From positions 1 through 38,451 of the forward strand of contig DCVX01000014.1 of NCBI GenBank assembly GCA_002328805.1: a DNA stretch of 38,451 nt. Direction: 5' to 3'. The translations under genes and the position numbers were made by a program. Shown piece after piece: positions 15,442 to 24,093 of this stretch (position 1 is the stretch's first letter; each line of letters begins with the position of its first letter). The DNA comes from Candidatus Dojkabacteria bacterium UBA2177. Its GTDB lineage: Bacteria > Patescibacteriota > Dojkabacteria > SC72. Under the pieces are notes generated by a model. The model did no database searches and was not told the DNA's origin. It was given only the letters and a program-made list of their open reading frames with translations.

Positions 15442-16517
15442 TCAATATAATCGTCAAGTTTTTGTTGTGCAGATTTCTCTTTAAGCTTTTTAAGAGCTTT
15501 TGCTTCAATCTGTCTAATTCTTTCTCGGGTAACTCCAAATTCTTTTCCAACTTCCTCTAGAGTTCTTGAAACACCATCATCTAATCCAAACCTTAAGGAA
15601 AGTACACGTCTTTCTCTATCTTGAAGACTGTCTAGGATATCTCTAAGTTGGTTTTTGAGGTATTCCCCTGTTGCGTAATCTTCGGGAGATTGGGACCAGT
15701 CATCTGGAATAACATCTTGAAGCTTGCTATCCTTCTCCTCCCCTATTGGTGTAGCAAGGGATGTTGGATTCTGTTTTATCTTTCTTATTTCAGCAATCTT
15801 CTCTATCTCTATCTCCATCTCTTTTGCTATTTCCTCGTCTGTAGGTGGTCGTCCAAGTTTTGTTGCAAGTATATTACTTGTTTTATTGAACTTATTGATG
15901 GTCTCTATCATGTGGACCGGTATACGAATAGTTCTTGCTTGGTCTGCAATAGCTCTTGTAATTGCTTGTCTTATCCACCAAGTTGCATATGTAGAGAATT
16001 TAAATCCTTTTGTGTAATCAAATTTCTCTACGGCTCGCATCAAACCAATATTGCCTTCTTGGATAAGGTCTAGTAGTTCTAAATTGCTCTTGCTGTACTT
16101 TTTTGCAATACTAACAACCAATCTTAGGTTTGCGGTAATTAAAAGCTGTGTTGCTTCTTCATCTCCCTGTTCTATTCTTTTTGCCAAAATAACCTCCTCC
16201 TCACCTGTTAGGAGGGGAATTCTTCCAATTTCGTAGAGATAGGACCTTATTGCATCTGTAGAGATATTTGTCTGAATGTTTTTTAATATCCTAATTTTTT
16301 TCTCTAGAGTTAATTCCTCTTTCTCTTGAGCGACTACATCTTCTTCTGGTTCGAGAACCTCAATTTCATTCTTTTGAAGCTTTTCAAAGATTTCGTCTAG
16401 GAGGTCTATATCTTCCTCTATTGTAGGGAAAACATCAAGAAGATCTTCTTGGGTTAGAAATCCCTGATCTTTTCCTTTTTTAATAAGATATTTGATGGAT
16501 TTGCTTTTGTCTGACAT
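15438..16517 (-). CDS. rpoD: Primary-type RNA polymerase sigma factor (sigma-70 family)
   Basis: Region 1.2 [17 protein letters not shown]; region 2 [54 protein letters not shown]; region 4 [27 protein letters not shown]. Confidence 0.92.
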   Translation of the reverse strand: MSDKSKSIKYLIKKGKDQGFLTQEDLLDVFPTIEEDIDLLDEIFEKLQKNEIEVLEPEEDVVAQEKEELTLEKKIRILKNIQTNISTDAIRSYLYEIGRIPLLTGEEEVILAKRIEQGDEEATQLLITANLRLVVSIAKKYSKSNLELLDLIQEGNIGLMRAVEKFDYTKGFKFSTYATWWIRQAITRAIADQARTIRIPVHMIETINKFNKTSNILATKLGRPPTDEEIAKEMEIEIEKIAEIRKIKQNPTSLATPIGEEKDSKLQDVIPDDWSQSPEDYATGEYLKNQLRDILDSLQDRERRVLSLRFGLDDGVSRTLEEVGKEFGVTRERIRQIEAKALKKLKEKSAQQKLDDYID

Positions 16518-16522
16518 TCAGA

Positions 16523-16882
16523 GTGTGTGGTATAATTTTATATATGGACAATAAAGATAATAACACATTCGGGAATAAGGAGCCTTTTCTAAATGCTCTG
16601 GCAAAGTTTTGTGATAAGTGCGGTACTGCATATAACCCCGAAGATATTAATGTCGTCCAGAACACTGGAGTCTCCGCTATTATACACTTTTCTTGCCATA
16701 ATTGTAAATCAAGGAACCTTGCTACATACATTTTCCCGATAGGAATGAGTAGTAGATCTCCTCTGGATGTTGATCTTAGTTTCGAAGAGCTTGAAAAGTT
16801 TGCTTCCCAAAGCAAGATTTCTCTCGAAGAGATTCTTGAAGTATATTCATTATTAAAAAAGAATTCAAAGGTCTCTGTTTAA
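16523..16882 (+). CDS. Small CxxC...CxxC zinc-ribbon protein, hypothetical (probable true start ATG 16544)
   Basis: CDKC, 24 residues, then CHNC forms a four-Cys ribbon, followed by an acidic/helical tail. Arranged head-to-head with rpoD. Confidence 0.55.
   Translation: MCGIILYMDNKDNNTFGNKEPFLNALAKFCDKCGTAYNPEDINVVQNTGVSAIIHFSCHNCKSRNLATYIFPIGMSSRSPLDVDLSFEELEKFASQSKISLEEILEVYSLLKKNSKVSV
16528..16536 (+). promoter_or_regulatory. Extended -10 element TGgTATAAT, 7 nt upstream of ATG 16544
   Basis: TGGTATAAT at 16528-16536. It lies inside the GTG-initiated version of the ORF, which argues that the true start is ATG 16544 on a leaderless-type transcript. Confidence 0.4.
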
Positions 16883-16893
16883 CTGGAGAATTG

Positions 16894-19890
16894 TTAGTTT
16901 GGGATTCTCCAAATTACAGGGAATTCTAGGTCTTCATTAAGTTCAAATCTTCCAGAGAGTTGGTTACTTATACTATTTAATCCTTGGGAACTCTCCAAAT
17001 TCCATGTAGAAGGATAGGAGATATCTAGTTTGTAAGCAAATTTCTTTTCTCCAGGCTGTTTAAATAGGTTTATATCAAAGAAGGCGTTTTGTTCCTGTAT
17101 TACAATTGGGAAATTAGAATCTCCATCTTCTCTCTCTATTCTATATGAGATGTCTAAGGTATTTATGGAGTTGATTGGTGTGTTAAACCAACCACCAATT
17201 ACTTTAAAGCCACTTTCTCTATAAACAGAATATTCATTGTTTTCAATTCCGTTAATTCTTAGTATCTTTGCTTGAGGAGGGATATATATTCTTTGGTAAT
17301 TTATGTAATCTCCTTCTGGGTAAACATTCTCAGTAGAGGTGTTTTCTACATTTATTGAGTATATGAAATCTATGGTATCTTCATCTTTTATGTTTATGGT
17401 AAGAGAATAGTTTTTATCTAGGTATAGATTCGCCTTATTTCCTCCCCAATTCCAATCTATTGCTATTGGAGCATCATTGTATTTATTACTCATGGAGTTT
17501 GCCCAGTTTCTAGAGCTAAAGAAATTATATGCATCCTTGTTTTTAAAAGTCGCCTGTAAATGTTTTTCGTCTAAGGTCTTCTCAAAGATGTCAGCCATTC
17601 CCATAAGGTCGGCAATGTTCATAGAGAGTAATTTCTTAACTATTTCGTTTGCAAGATTAGCTAAAAAGGTTGTTTTTTGGGTAGATCCAGGGACAAACTC
17701 CTCGTGCATTTGGAATATTTTGCTGTCCAGATTTTCACTTGTAATGAGTTCTGTTTCTCCAGGGACTTCTATTCCTCCCCATCGTTCCAAGAGTTCTTTT
17801 ACAAAGGAGACATCGATTGTTATTAGGCCTTCAAGAGAACTGCCCTTTCCAAGCTCAGAGATAAAGGGTTCTGCCTCTGTGAGTGTATCGGCTAGGTCGG
17901 GGTACCAGTTTACTAAGGAGAATGGCCAGTTAGTTATCTCTAATGCATTAGACATACTTCTAGGAGGTGTCGACCTCTTGTTCTGAATCTTCAAAGTTCC
18001 GTCTGCATTGTAAATGTCGTCAACGAATAGTTCTCTTATTTGACCTCCCTCTACGCCTACGATTCCATAACTGGTTAACCAACCTCCAGTGCTTCTTATC
18101 TCACCTTCGTTTTGGAAGAGGATTAAATACCTTTTTCTCTCGTTTACTCCTAAGAGATCTGGGAGAAAAGAGTTTACGGCTTTGAAGGATTCTGTTCCTT
18201 CCTCAATTTGGGCAATAATCTCTTTGAACTCTATAATCTTGTCTTGTAGAGCCTTAGGAAATACTGTTGTGTTAAGGTTTGTTATTATCTCGGAAGCAAG
18301 AGAGATTCTGTAATCTGCTTCTTCTAATTTATAACTGTTTTTCTCTATCTCTTCTAAATAAGTTCTGTATTCTCTTGTTGTTGTGGGAGTAGAAGTTTGA
18401 AAATCTATTGCTGGTTCAAAATCCTGCATGTACTGTGTTAGGGGATATACAGCATCCACTAACTGTTTAGCTCCTTGTGCAGTATATTGAGCTCCAAGAA
18501 CTAATTGGGTGGTGTTGTCATACAATTCATTCTTACCTAAAATTTGGAATATCCAATACATCTGGTCCACACTCTGTCCTACTCTGGAGATGTTTTTCTC
18601 CAAAGATTCTATTTCCTGAGAACTCTGTGTTCTATCTATCTCTAGAATAGAGGTTGAAATGTTTTTGACGGAAGAATTAATTAAAAGTAATCCTATTACT
18701 GTCCCAACTATTGGGTATATTACAAAATATGTAAGGGCTATTAGGAAGATAGTGATTAAAGACCTTTTTATTATTTTCCCCCCCTCTATTTTCTTCTCTT
18801 TTCTTTTTACAAAGATTCCTTTAACGGGGGTAAGGAGAGAGGAGAGGAGTTCCCCGAGCTTGGTTTTTCCTTCTTTAACTGTCTTTTTTTGTTTTATCTT
18901 TTGTGGTGTTTTATCTAGGTCCCAAGTCTTATTTGTTGCTTCATAGTATTTTTGAATTTGCTCTATAAGAGCCTCTTCAAGGCTTACCTGTTGGTCCCAA
19001 CCATAGTTGGATGCATGAGGTGCTGGAACATAAAGATCTTGAATGAGAAATTGCTCCTCGGGATTCTCTACAAAACGAATAGTTTGAGCCTCAGTATTAA
19101 GTTCCAAAAGCTTGTAAGCTAAGGAAAGAGTCGTGTAATTGTTTTTGTTAGCTAGAGAGATTACTTCGCCTCTAGTATTGTCAGAAAAGGATAATTTTAA
19201 TATTCCGTATGTAGCATCTGCCTCGTGTATTAGGGAATGTAGATCTAATCCCTCACCTTTTATGGTTATTTGGCTTTTCTGGACAGTATCTGTAAGAAGA
19301 CCATCTAGAGTCTCGTTGTTAACTCTCTCTATTCCTCTACCAATAACTGTTCCTAGTCTTAGGATTCGAAGATTAATATTAGATTTGTCCTTGAACTCTG
19401 CAGCTAGTGTTTCGCAATATTTCTGAAGTTCCATAGCAGAGTAGGGAGATGGAGTAGAAAGCCGTTCGTTATTGACTCTGTTTGCTAATTCTCTATTTAG
19501 TGCAAGGGATGTAATTAGAGAGAACTTCCCATTGTTTTTTCTTGTATTGGTAAGGGTTTCCTCAAGAATCTTTGTTTCATTTAGGAACTCTTTACTGTCG
19601 AATTCTTTTTTATTTAATTTCTCATTGAGGAAGTAGAAAAGATAGTCAAACCTTTTAACATTTTTGAAAAGAGAGTTAAAACCTTTGAAGTCAAAGAAGT
19701 CAAAGAGATCAGACTTCTTAAGTTCTGAAAGATATTTTCGTGTCTCACTGTTAAATTTGTCTATAATGACTACATAACAACCTTGTTCTATGAGGGTTTT
19801 TGCTGTTAAATAACCCACTCTATTCCCGCCATGGATTATTATGGCTATTGGGGTTTGGGGTTTTATTTTGTTTAATCGTAAATTACTCAT
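16894..19890 (-). CDS. 998-aa fusion: N-terminal extended-SDR/epimerase-like Rossmann domain (degenerate motifs), TM segment, C-terminal DUF4012-like extracytoplasmic domain
   Basis: N-terminus IAIIIHGGNRVGYLTAKTLIEQGCYVVIIDKF is a Rossmann beta-alpha-beta. TPSPYSAMELQKYCE lies at the SDR PYxxSKxxxE position. TM SLITIFLIALTYFVIYPIVGTVIGLLLI. LFQNEGEIRSTGGWLTSYGIVGVEGGQI matches my recollection of the DUF4012 core. Confidence 0.7.
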   Translation of the reverse strand: MSNLRLNKIKPQTPIAIIIHGGNRVGYLTAKTLIEQGCYVVIIDKFNSETRKYLSELKKSDLFDFFDFKGFNSLFKNVKRFDYLFYFLNEKLNKKEFDSKEFLNETKILEETLTNTRKNNGKFSLITSLALNRELANRVNNERLSTPSPYSAMELQKYCETLAAEFKDKSNINLRILRLGTVIGRGIERVNNETLDGLLTDTVQKSQITIKGEGLDLHSLIHEADATYGILKLSFSDNTRGEVISLANKNNYTTLSLAYKLLELNTEAQTIRFVENPEEQFLIQDLYVPAPHASNYGWDQQVSLEEALIEQIQKYYEATNKTWDLDKTPQKIKQKKTVKEGKTKLGELLSSLLTPVKGIFVKRKEKKIEGGKIIKRSLITIFLIALTYFVIYPIVGTVIGLLLINSSVKNISTSILEIDRTQSSQEIESLEKNISRVGQSVDQMYWIFQILGKNELYDNTTQLVLGAQYTAQGAKQLVDAVYPLTQYMQDFEPAIDFQTSTPTTTREYRTYLEEIEKNSYKLEEADYRISLASEIITNLNTTVFPKALQDKIIEFKEIIAQIEEGTESFKAVNSFLPDLLGVNERKRYLILFQNEGEIRSTGGWLTSYGIVGVEGGQIRELFVDDIYNADGTLKIQNKRSTPPRSMSNALEITNWPFSLVNWYPDLADTLTEAEPFISELGKGSSLEGLITIDVSFVKELLERWGGIEVPGETELITSENLDSKIFQMHEEFVPGSTQKTTFLANLANEIVKKLLSMNIADLMGMADIFEKTLDEKHLQATFKNKDAYNFFSSRNWANSMSNKYNDAPIAIDWNWGGNKANLYLDKNYSLTINIKDEDTIDFIYSINVENTSTENVYPEGDYINYQRIYIPPQAKILRINGIENNEYSVYRESGFKVIGGWFNTPINSINTLDISYRIEREDGDSNFPIVIQEQNAFFDINLFKQPGEKKFAYKLDISYPSTWNLESSQGLNSISNQLSGRFELNEDLEFPVIWRIPN

Positions 19891-19899
19891 TTTTTAGTT

Positions 19900-20619
19900 T
19901 TATTCATCTACACTTTCCTCGCTTATCGTTTCTTCTGTTATCTCTTCACTGGAAATTTCCCTTTCTGTTTCAATAGTCTCTGTCTCTATGGGTTCAAAAT
20001 TTACAGGGATTGGGAAATGGAATGTTTTGAGATTAAGAACATAATTATTTCGCAGTAACACTGGGACTTTTACTTCTTCATGTCCAGGGGCTAAAACTTT
20101 AATCTCATACTGACTTTCTCTTAGTCTAAGGTTTGTTATTGGACTTTCTTTTAAAAATTCTCCATCTAGAAATACTCTGGAATTGTTGACATTACTTATT
20201 ACGGTTAAGAAGCCTTCGTCTGAGGTTGTTCTTATAGGTGTGTAGTAAATGATTGCTCCATGAAGCAAGTCTTCTGGTCCTATTTCCAAATCTATTCTTG
20301 CGGAAGTGTTTCGTGTTAACTCTATCTGGAATGAATGTTTTTTGTAAAAAGCCTCCTCTTCTACCACTTTTTGAAGTTCTACAAGGTAGGAACCTTCTGG
20401 GAGGTCTTCAATATTTGTTGGAGTCTCCCCATAATCTTGTCCGTTTATCCAGACTCTAGCGACTCCAGCTTTTGTACTAATTTCTAAGGTTGTATTGTTG
20501 TAAAAACGATTAATAAAAGGAAGTCTCCCTATTAATTGGTTAACTGGAATAAAGTAGAGCAAAACGGAGATAGCTAGTATCAGAAAAATTGTTATTAAGG
20601 CAATTTTGTTCTTTTTCAT
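19900..20619 (-). CDS. PEGA-domain protein with N-terminal signal anchor and acidic C-terminal tail
   Basis: TM IALITIFLILAISVLLYF. Two PEGA-like repeats (VWINGQDYGETPTNIEDLPEGSYLVEL and VFLDGEFLKESP...VLAPGHEEVKV). Tail ETETIETEREISSEEITEETISEESVDE. Confidence 0.7.
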   Translation of the reverse strand: MKKNKIALITIFLILAISVLLYFIPVNQLIGRLPFINRFYNNTTLEISTKAGVARVWINGQDYGETPTNIEDLPEGSYLVELQKVVEEEAFYKKHSFQIELTRNTSARIDLEIGPEDLLHGAIIYYTPIRTTSDEGFLTVISNVNNSRVFLDGEFLKESPITNLRLRESQYEIKVLAPGHEEVKVPVLLRNNYVLNLKTFHFPIPVNFEPIETETIETEREISSEEITEETISEESVDE

Positions 20620-20713
20620 AACTCTTAATTATATGTTTTAAACAGTTGTGCTTCCAGGACCTATAGTCTTGCCTTTTTGGATACATAATTCTAGAGAAAT
20701 GGAGATTTACTTT

Positions 20714-21922
20714 TTAGTAAGAATATCTAGATTCAGGGCTTTCTTTCTTCTCCTGCTCTTTCTTCTTTTTAGAGGCTCTTATGTTTATGTAAACAATGAA
20801 TGCTATTCCTAATGCCAAAGAAATTACTAATGTGAAGTATCTAATAGCTCCTGTTGTTAAGATGGCAAATGATCCTAGAAGCAGAGTTGCGGACATCTCT
20901 ATTAGTACAAGTTGTGCCCTTGAAAGGTTTAGATTCATTAACTGGTGATGTAAATGATCTGGACCACTTAACTTCATTAGGTCCCCTAGACTCTTAGGCT
21001 TGTATACCAAAAGTCTCTTTATTATTACATAAATAAAGTCTATTAAAGGCAGCATGAGGAGCATTACGGTTGTTGAAATCTTTGCATCTGCCACGATAGC
21101 CAGGATACATATAAGGAAACCATAAACAGATTTCCCCGCAGAGCCAGTCATAATCTTCTGAGGGGGGAATGCGAATATTAGGAATGCAAGTAATCCTCCT
21201 GCGATCAAAATACTTATTGTAGAAGAGAAAACAGACATGTCTCTCATTGCTATAACAAATATTAGGGAGAATATTACAAAAGAATTAGCCTCAATTATTC
21301 CAGGAGAGCCCGCTGTCCACTTAACAGCATTTATGCAAACAAGTATCCAGAAGAAAAGAAAGATATCTCCGGGAAGTGCAAGTGATTGCTCTATTCCAAA
21401 TATTGAGAAATTGTATGTTATGGCACTTAAATCTAGGTTAAAGAAGGGAATAGAGGTGATATTTAGTATTGAAAAAGCAATTATTCCTGCGGCAAGAATC
21501 TGGTAAAGCAGTTGGACTTTTGCAGGCAAGTTGAATATGTCATCCAATGTTGCTCCCACAATAAGAATAAAAAGAGATACCAGGATAGGTAATGTAAAGC
21601 TGTCTATTTTGAAAAACACCAATATTGCAATGAATGCTGGCAGGGTTATTGCTAGCCCCCCTAGAGATGGAGTTATCCCTTCATGGAGGGCTTTAAGAGG
21701 GTTGTCGAACTCTCTGTCGCCTCTCCCTTTTTTAGGAACATAGGTGATGTTAAATTTTAAGGCGATATAACCTAGTATTGGTGTAAGAAGGAGTGCTATA
21801 ACAAAACCTATCAAAAATATCGGCCAGTATTCGATATATTTTGCATATGCAGTATTTTGTATAAATCCAGGGATTCTGTTAAATAATCCCATTAGAAGCT
21901 CGGTTGTAGAAGAGAAGTCCAT
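20714..21922 (-). CDS. MraY/WecA-family (glycosyltransferase family 4) polyprenyl-phosphate sugar-1-P transferase homologue with substituted catalytic Asp positions
   Basis: Family landmarks are present: ITPSLGGLAI, IVGATLDDIFNLPAKVQL (DD motif) and GPDHLHHQLMNL. NAVKWTAGSPGI replaces NAxNxxDGxDGL, and PQKIMTGSAGK replaces PAKIFMGDxGS. Confidence 0.75.
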   Translation of the reverse strand: MDFSSTTELLMGLFNRIPGFIQNTAYAKYIEYWPIFLIGFVIALLLTPILGYIALKFNITYVPKKGRGDREFDNPLKALHEGITPSLGGLAITLPAFIAILVFFKIDSFTLPILVSLFILIVGATLDDIFNLPAKVQLLYQILAAGIIAFSILNITSIPFFNLDLSAITYNFSIFGIEQSLALPGDIFLFFWILVCINAVKWTAGSPGIIEANSFVIFSLIFVIAMRDMSVFSSTISILIAGGLLAFLIFAFPPQKIMTGSAGKSVYGFLICILAIVADAKISTTVMLLMLPLIDFIYVIIKRLLVYKPKSLGDLMKLSGPDHLHHQLMNLNLSRAQLVLIEMSATLLLGSFAILTTGAIRYFTLVISLALGIAFIVYINIRASKKKKEQEKKESPESRYSY

Positions 21923-21923
21923 A

Positions 21924-22394
21924 TTAAAAAAGATTTACTAAGTCAATTAAAATAAGACTCTGTGAAATACTAGCTAACAAAGAAGAGAAAAGAAGGAGTC
22001 TGGTTAGCTTCTTTTCGTTATTATAGTACCTAGAAGTAAAAAGCATGGAAAGTAAAAGTGCTATTAAGGAAATCATGGGGAATATAAATATGTAATCTCT
22101 CTGTGCAAGCTTCTTTTCTGCTGACAAGAAATGCCTGAATATTGGGACGTATACTGGTAGAGTTGAAAAATTCTCCAGTATAATGGATATTTGTTGAGCT
22201 ATTAAAACAAGACCGATTGTTAATGTTGCCCAAACGAGAGGATCTTTTAAGAATTTTCTAACTTCAAACCTTAATACTGCAAAATCTATGGATCTTTTTA
22301 TCTTGAAAAACCTGTTCTTAAAAGGTTCTTTAATACCTAGTTCCAATTGCTTGGACTCCTGTTGGAGTTCTTTCTTCTTCTTTTCCCTCTTCAT
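21924..22394 (-). CDS. Small membrane protein (156 aa, basic N-terminus, about 3 TM), hypothetical
   Basis: The ORF ends 1 nt before the GT4 start, suggesting translational coupling. Hydrophobic spans LVWATLTIGLVLIAQQISII, IFIFPMISLIALLLSMLF and LLLFSSLLASISQSLILI. Confidence 0.5.
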   Translation of the reverse strand: MKREKKKKELQQESKQLELGIKEPFKNRFFKIKRSIDFAVLRFEVRKFLKDPLVWATLTIGLVLIAQQISIILENFSTLPVYVPIFRHFLSAEKKLAQRDYIFIFPMISLIALLLSMLFTSRYYNNEKKLTRLLLFSSLLASISQSLILIDLVNLF

Positions 22395-22413
22395 CTTTTC
22401 ATTATATCAAAAG

Positions 22414-23154
22414 CTACGCAACATTATTGAAAAGGTATAAATATTGCTCTAGGGAGAGATGCTGAGGTCTTTCTTGAAGCAGAGGGGTTATATCTTCCTT
22501 GGTGAAGGAATAGTCTCTCCCAAGGTTATTTTTTAAGGTTTTTCTAGGTTGCCTAAAAGCATCATGTAGGAACTTTTCAAAGGCTTTACTGTTCCTTAAG
22601 GGAACAGTTTTAGGTATAAATTGTATGAATGTACTATTTACATCAGGTCTAGGCTTAAAAGACTCTGGGGAGATATTAAACAGTTTTTTTGTATCTGCAT
22701 ACAAGGTTGTGCTTAGAGCGAGATAGTTGTTGTTTGGTTCTCTAGCACAGTATTTTTCTGCAACTTCTTTTTGTATTATAAAAAAACTTGGGGAATTGAA
22801 GAATTCTGAGGTTATGATCTTTTTAATAATTTTCTTACTTACATTGTATGGTAGGGACCCAAAAAATGTAATCTTTTTCTCTTTAAAGGGATCTAATTCG
22901 GAGAAATCCCAATCTAGGAAATCAACATTTTTAACGGTTATGGATGGGTAGAGATGCTTTAATTCCAATGATAGGTTATCGTCTTTCTCAACAGCAAAAA
23001 AATCAATATTTTCTTTAATGAAAAATTGTGTAAATGCTCCTTGCCCAGGTCCTATTTCCACTATTACATCAGGCTTTTCCTTCAACACTATGTCTGCAAT
23101 CTGTGCAGAGAGATTTTTGTTAACGAAAAAGTTTTGTCCGAGGGATTTCTTCAT
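22414..23154 (-). CDS. rsmA: 16S rRNA (adenine1518/1519-N6)-dimethyltransferase, RsmA/KsgA family
   Basis: LGQNFFVNKNLSAQIADIV, SAM motif VVEIGPGQGAFTQ, and GSLPYNVSKKII (the NLPY-type motif). An Erm-type paralogue cannot be excluded by eye. Confidence 0.8.
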   Translation of the reverse strand: MKKSLGQNFFVNKNLSAQIADIVLKEKPDVIVEIGPGQGAFTQFFIKENIDFFAVEKDDNLSLELKHLYPSITVKNVDFLDWDFSELDPFKEKKITFFGSLPYNVSKKIIKKIITSEFFNSPSFFIIQKEVAEKYCAREPNNNYLALSTTLYADTKKLFNISPESFKPRPDVNSTFIQFIPKTVPLRNSKAFEKFLHDAFRQPRKTLKNNLGRDYSFTKEDITPLLQERPQHLSLEQYLYLFNNVA

Positions 23155-24092
23155 TATTCTATCCTAAAATCCCAGATATCATCTTTTTTAGAAAATTCTA
23201 GATTGCACTTCTTACATTCTGCATAACCTTCTCCCTCAAAAGTTAGATCTCCTTTGCAAGAAGGGCAAGCAAGGATATCTCTTAAATTGGAACCCTGTTC
23301 TACTTCTTTGCCTAAAGCCTTTTTCTTGAGGGTTGTTTGAAAGAAAATGCTTGGAGGAATATTGGTCCAAGAGAGTGTCCTTTGGAGTATCTTTTCAAGG
23401 AAGATCATAACTTCACTTCCTAAAAATTTTTTAATGGTTTGTGATCTTAAGAAAGAACAACCTAGTTTTTTTTCGATAATGAAATCATTTTTTTCTAATA
23501 AGGACTTTATATTGGAAGGGTGGTAGTTAAGGAATATTCCACCTTCTTCTTTCTTGGAACCTTCTAGGTTCTCTCCAATGGGTTGTTCATATGGTTCTTC
23601 TGAAAAGAATTCAAAATCTTTTCTGAATAAAGCCTTTATCTTAGCCTTAATATGAACCTTATTTGCAAACTCTTGAACATATCTGGCATCTTTCTTGAAA
23701 ACTCTTTTTGCTTCTTTAAAATATTCTTCAGGTTTTTCTATATGGTGTAGGACCCTGACCATTAATCCCCCATCAAAAGAGCTTTCTTTAAATGGCATTT
23801 TGTAAGCATTAGCTGCTATTAAGGTTATTTTTGGATATCTGCTTTTAATAATCTCTTTGTTTTTAATTAGTGTGTTCAGGGAATAATCCAAAATAACTGG
23901 ATATTTGTAAGAGTTGTAATATGTAGAGGCAATTCTTCCGTATGAGCCTCCTACATCTAGAAACCAGTTCCCTCTATGATTCTCGAAGACTTTGTTTAAA
24001 AGGTTTTTCTCTGCAAGGTTCTCATAAAGTCTTTCCTGCCAGTATTGAGAGTAATCGTAGTTTAGTTTGTCATAATCTGATATGTCCGGCAT
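23154..24092 (-). CDS. Class I SAM-dependent methyltransferase with C-terminal Trm112-like zinc ribbon
   Basis: Motif I WFLDVGGSYGRIAS. The post-I/II region FDGGLMVRVLHHI. C-terminus ILACPSCKGDLTFEGEGYAECKKCNLEFSKKDDIWDF has the Trm112/UPF0434 pattern. Its TAA shares one A with the ATG of rsmA (TAATG). Confidence 0.75.
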   Translation of the reverse strand: MPDISDYDKLNYDYSQYWQERLYENLAEKNLLNKVFENHRGNWFLDVGGSYGRIASTYYNSYKYPVILDYSLNTLIKNKEIIKSRYPKITLIAANAYKMPFKESSFDGGLMVRVLHHIEKPEEYFKEAKRVFKKDARYVQEFANKVHIKAKIKALFRKDFEFFSEEPYEQPIGENLEGSKKEEGGIFLNYHPSNIKSLLEKNDFIIEKKLGCSFLRSQTIKKFLGSEVMIFLEKILQRTLSWTNIPPSIFFQTTLKKKALGKEVEQGSNLRDILACPSCKGDLTFEGEGYAECKKCNLEFSKKDDIWDFRIE

Positions 24093-24093
24093 C

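Noticed and set aside
16885-16910. 7-bp inverted repeat GGAGAAT...ATTCTCC spanning the 11-nt gap between the convergent zinc-ribbon ORF and the 998-aa gene, considered as a bidirectional terminator.
   Set aside because: The loop is 12 nt, the stem is short and AT-rich, and there is no U-tract on either strand. The right arm lies inside the coding 3-prime end of the 998-aa gene. This is too weak to call a terminator.
22030-22233. 67-aa same-strand, out-of-frame ORF nested inside the 156-aa membrane-protein gene.
   Set aside because: The enclosing 156-aa frame is longer and is precisely butted to the neighbouring genes (19 nt and 1 nt gaps). It encodes coherent TM helices. The nested ORF has no independent support.
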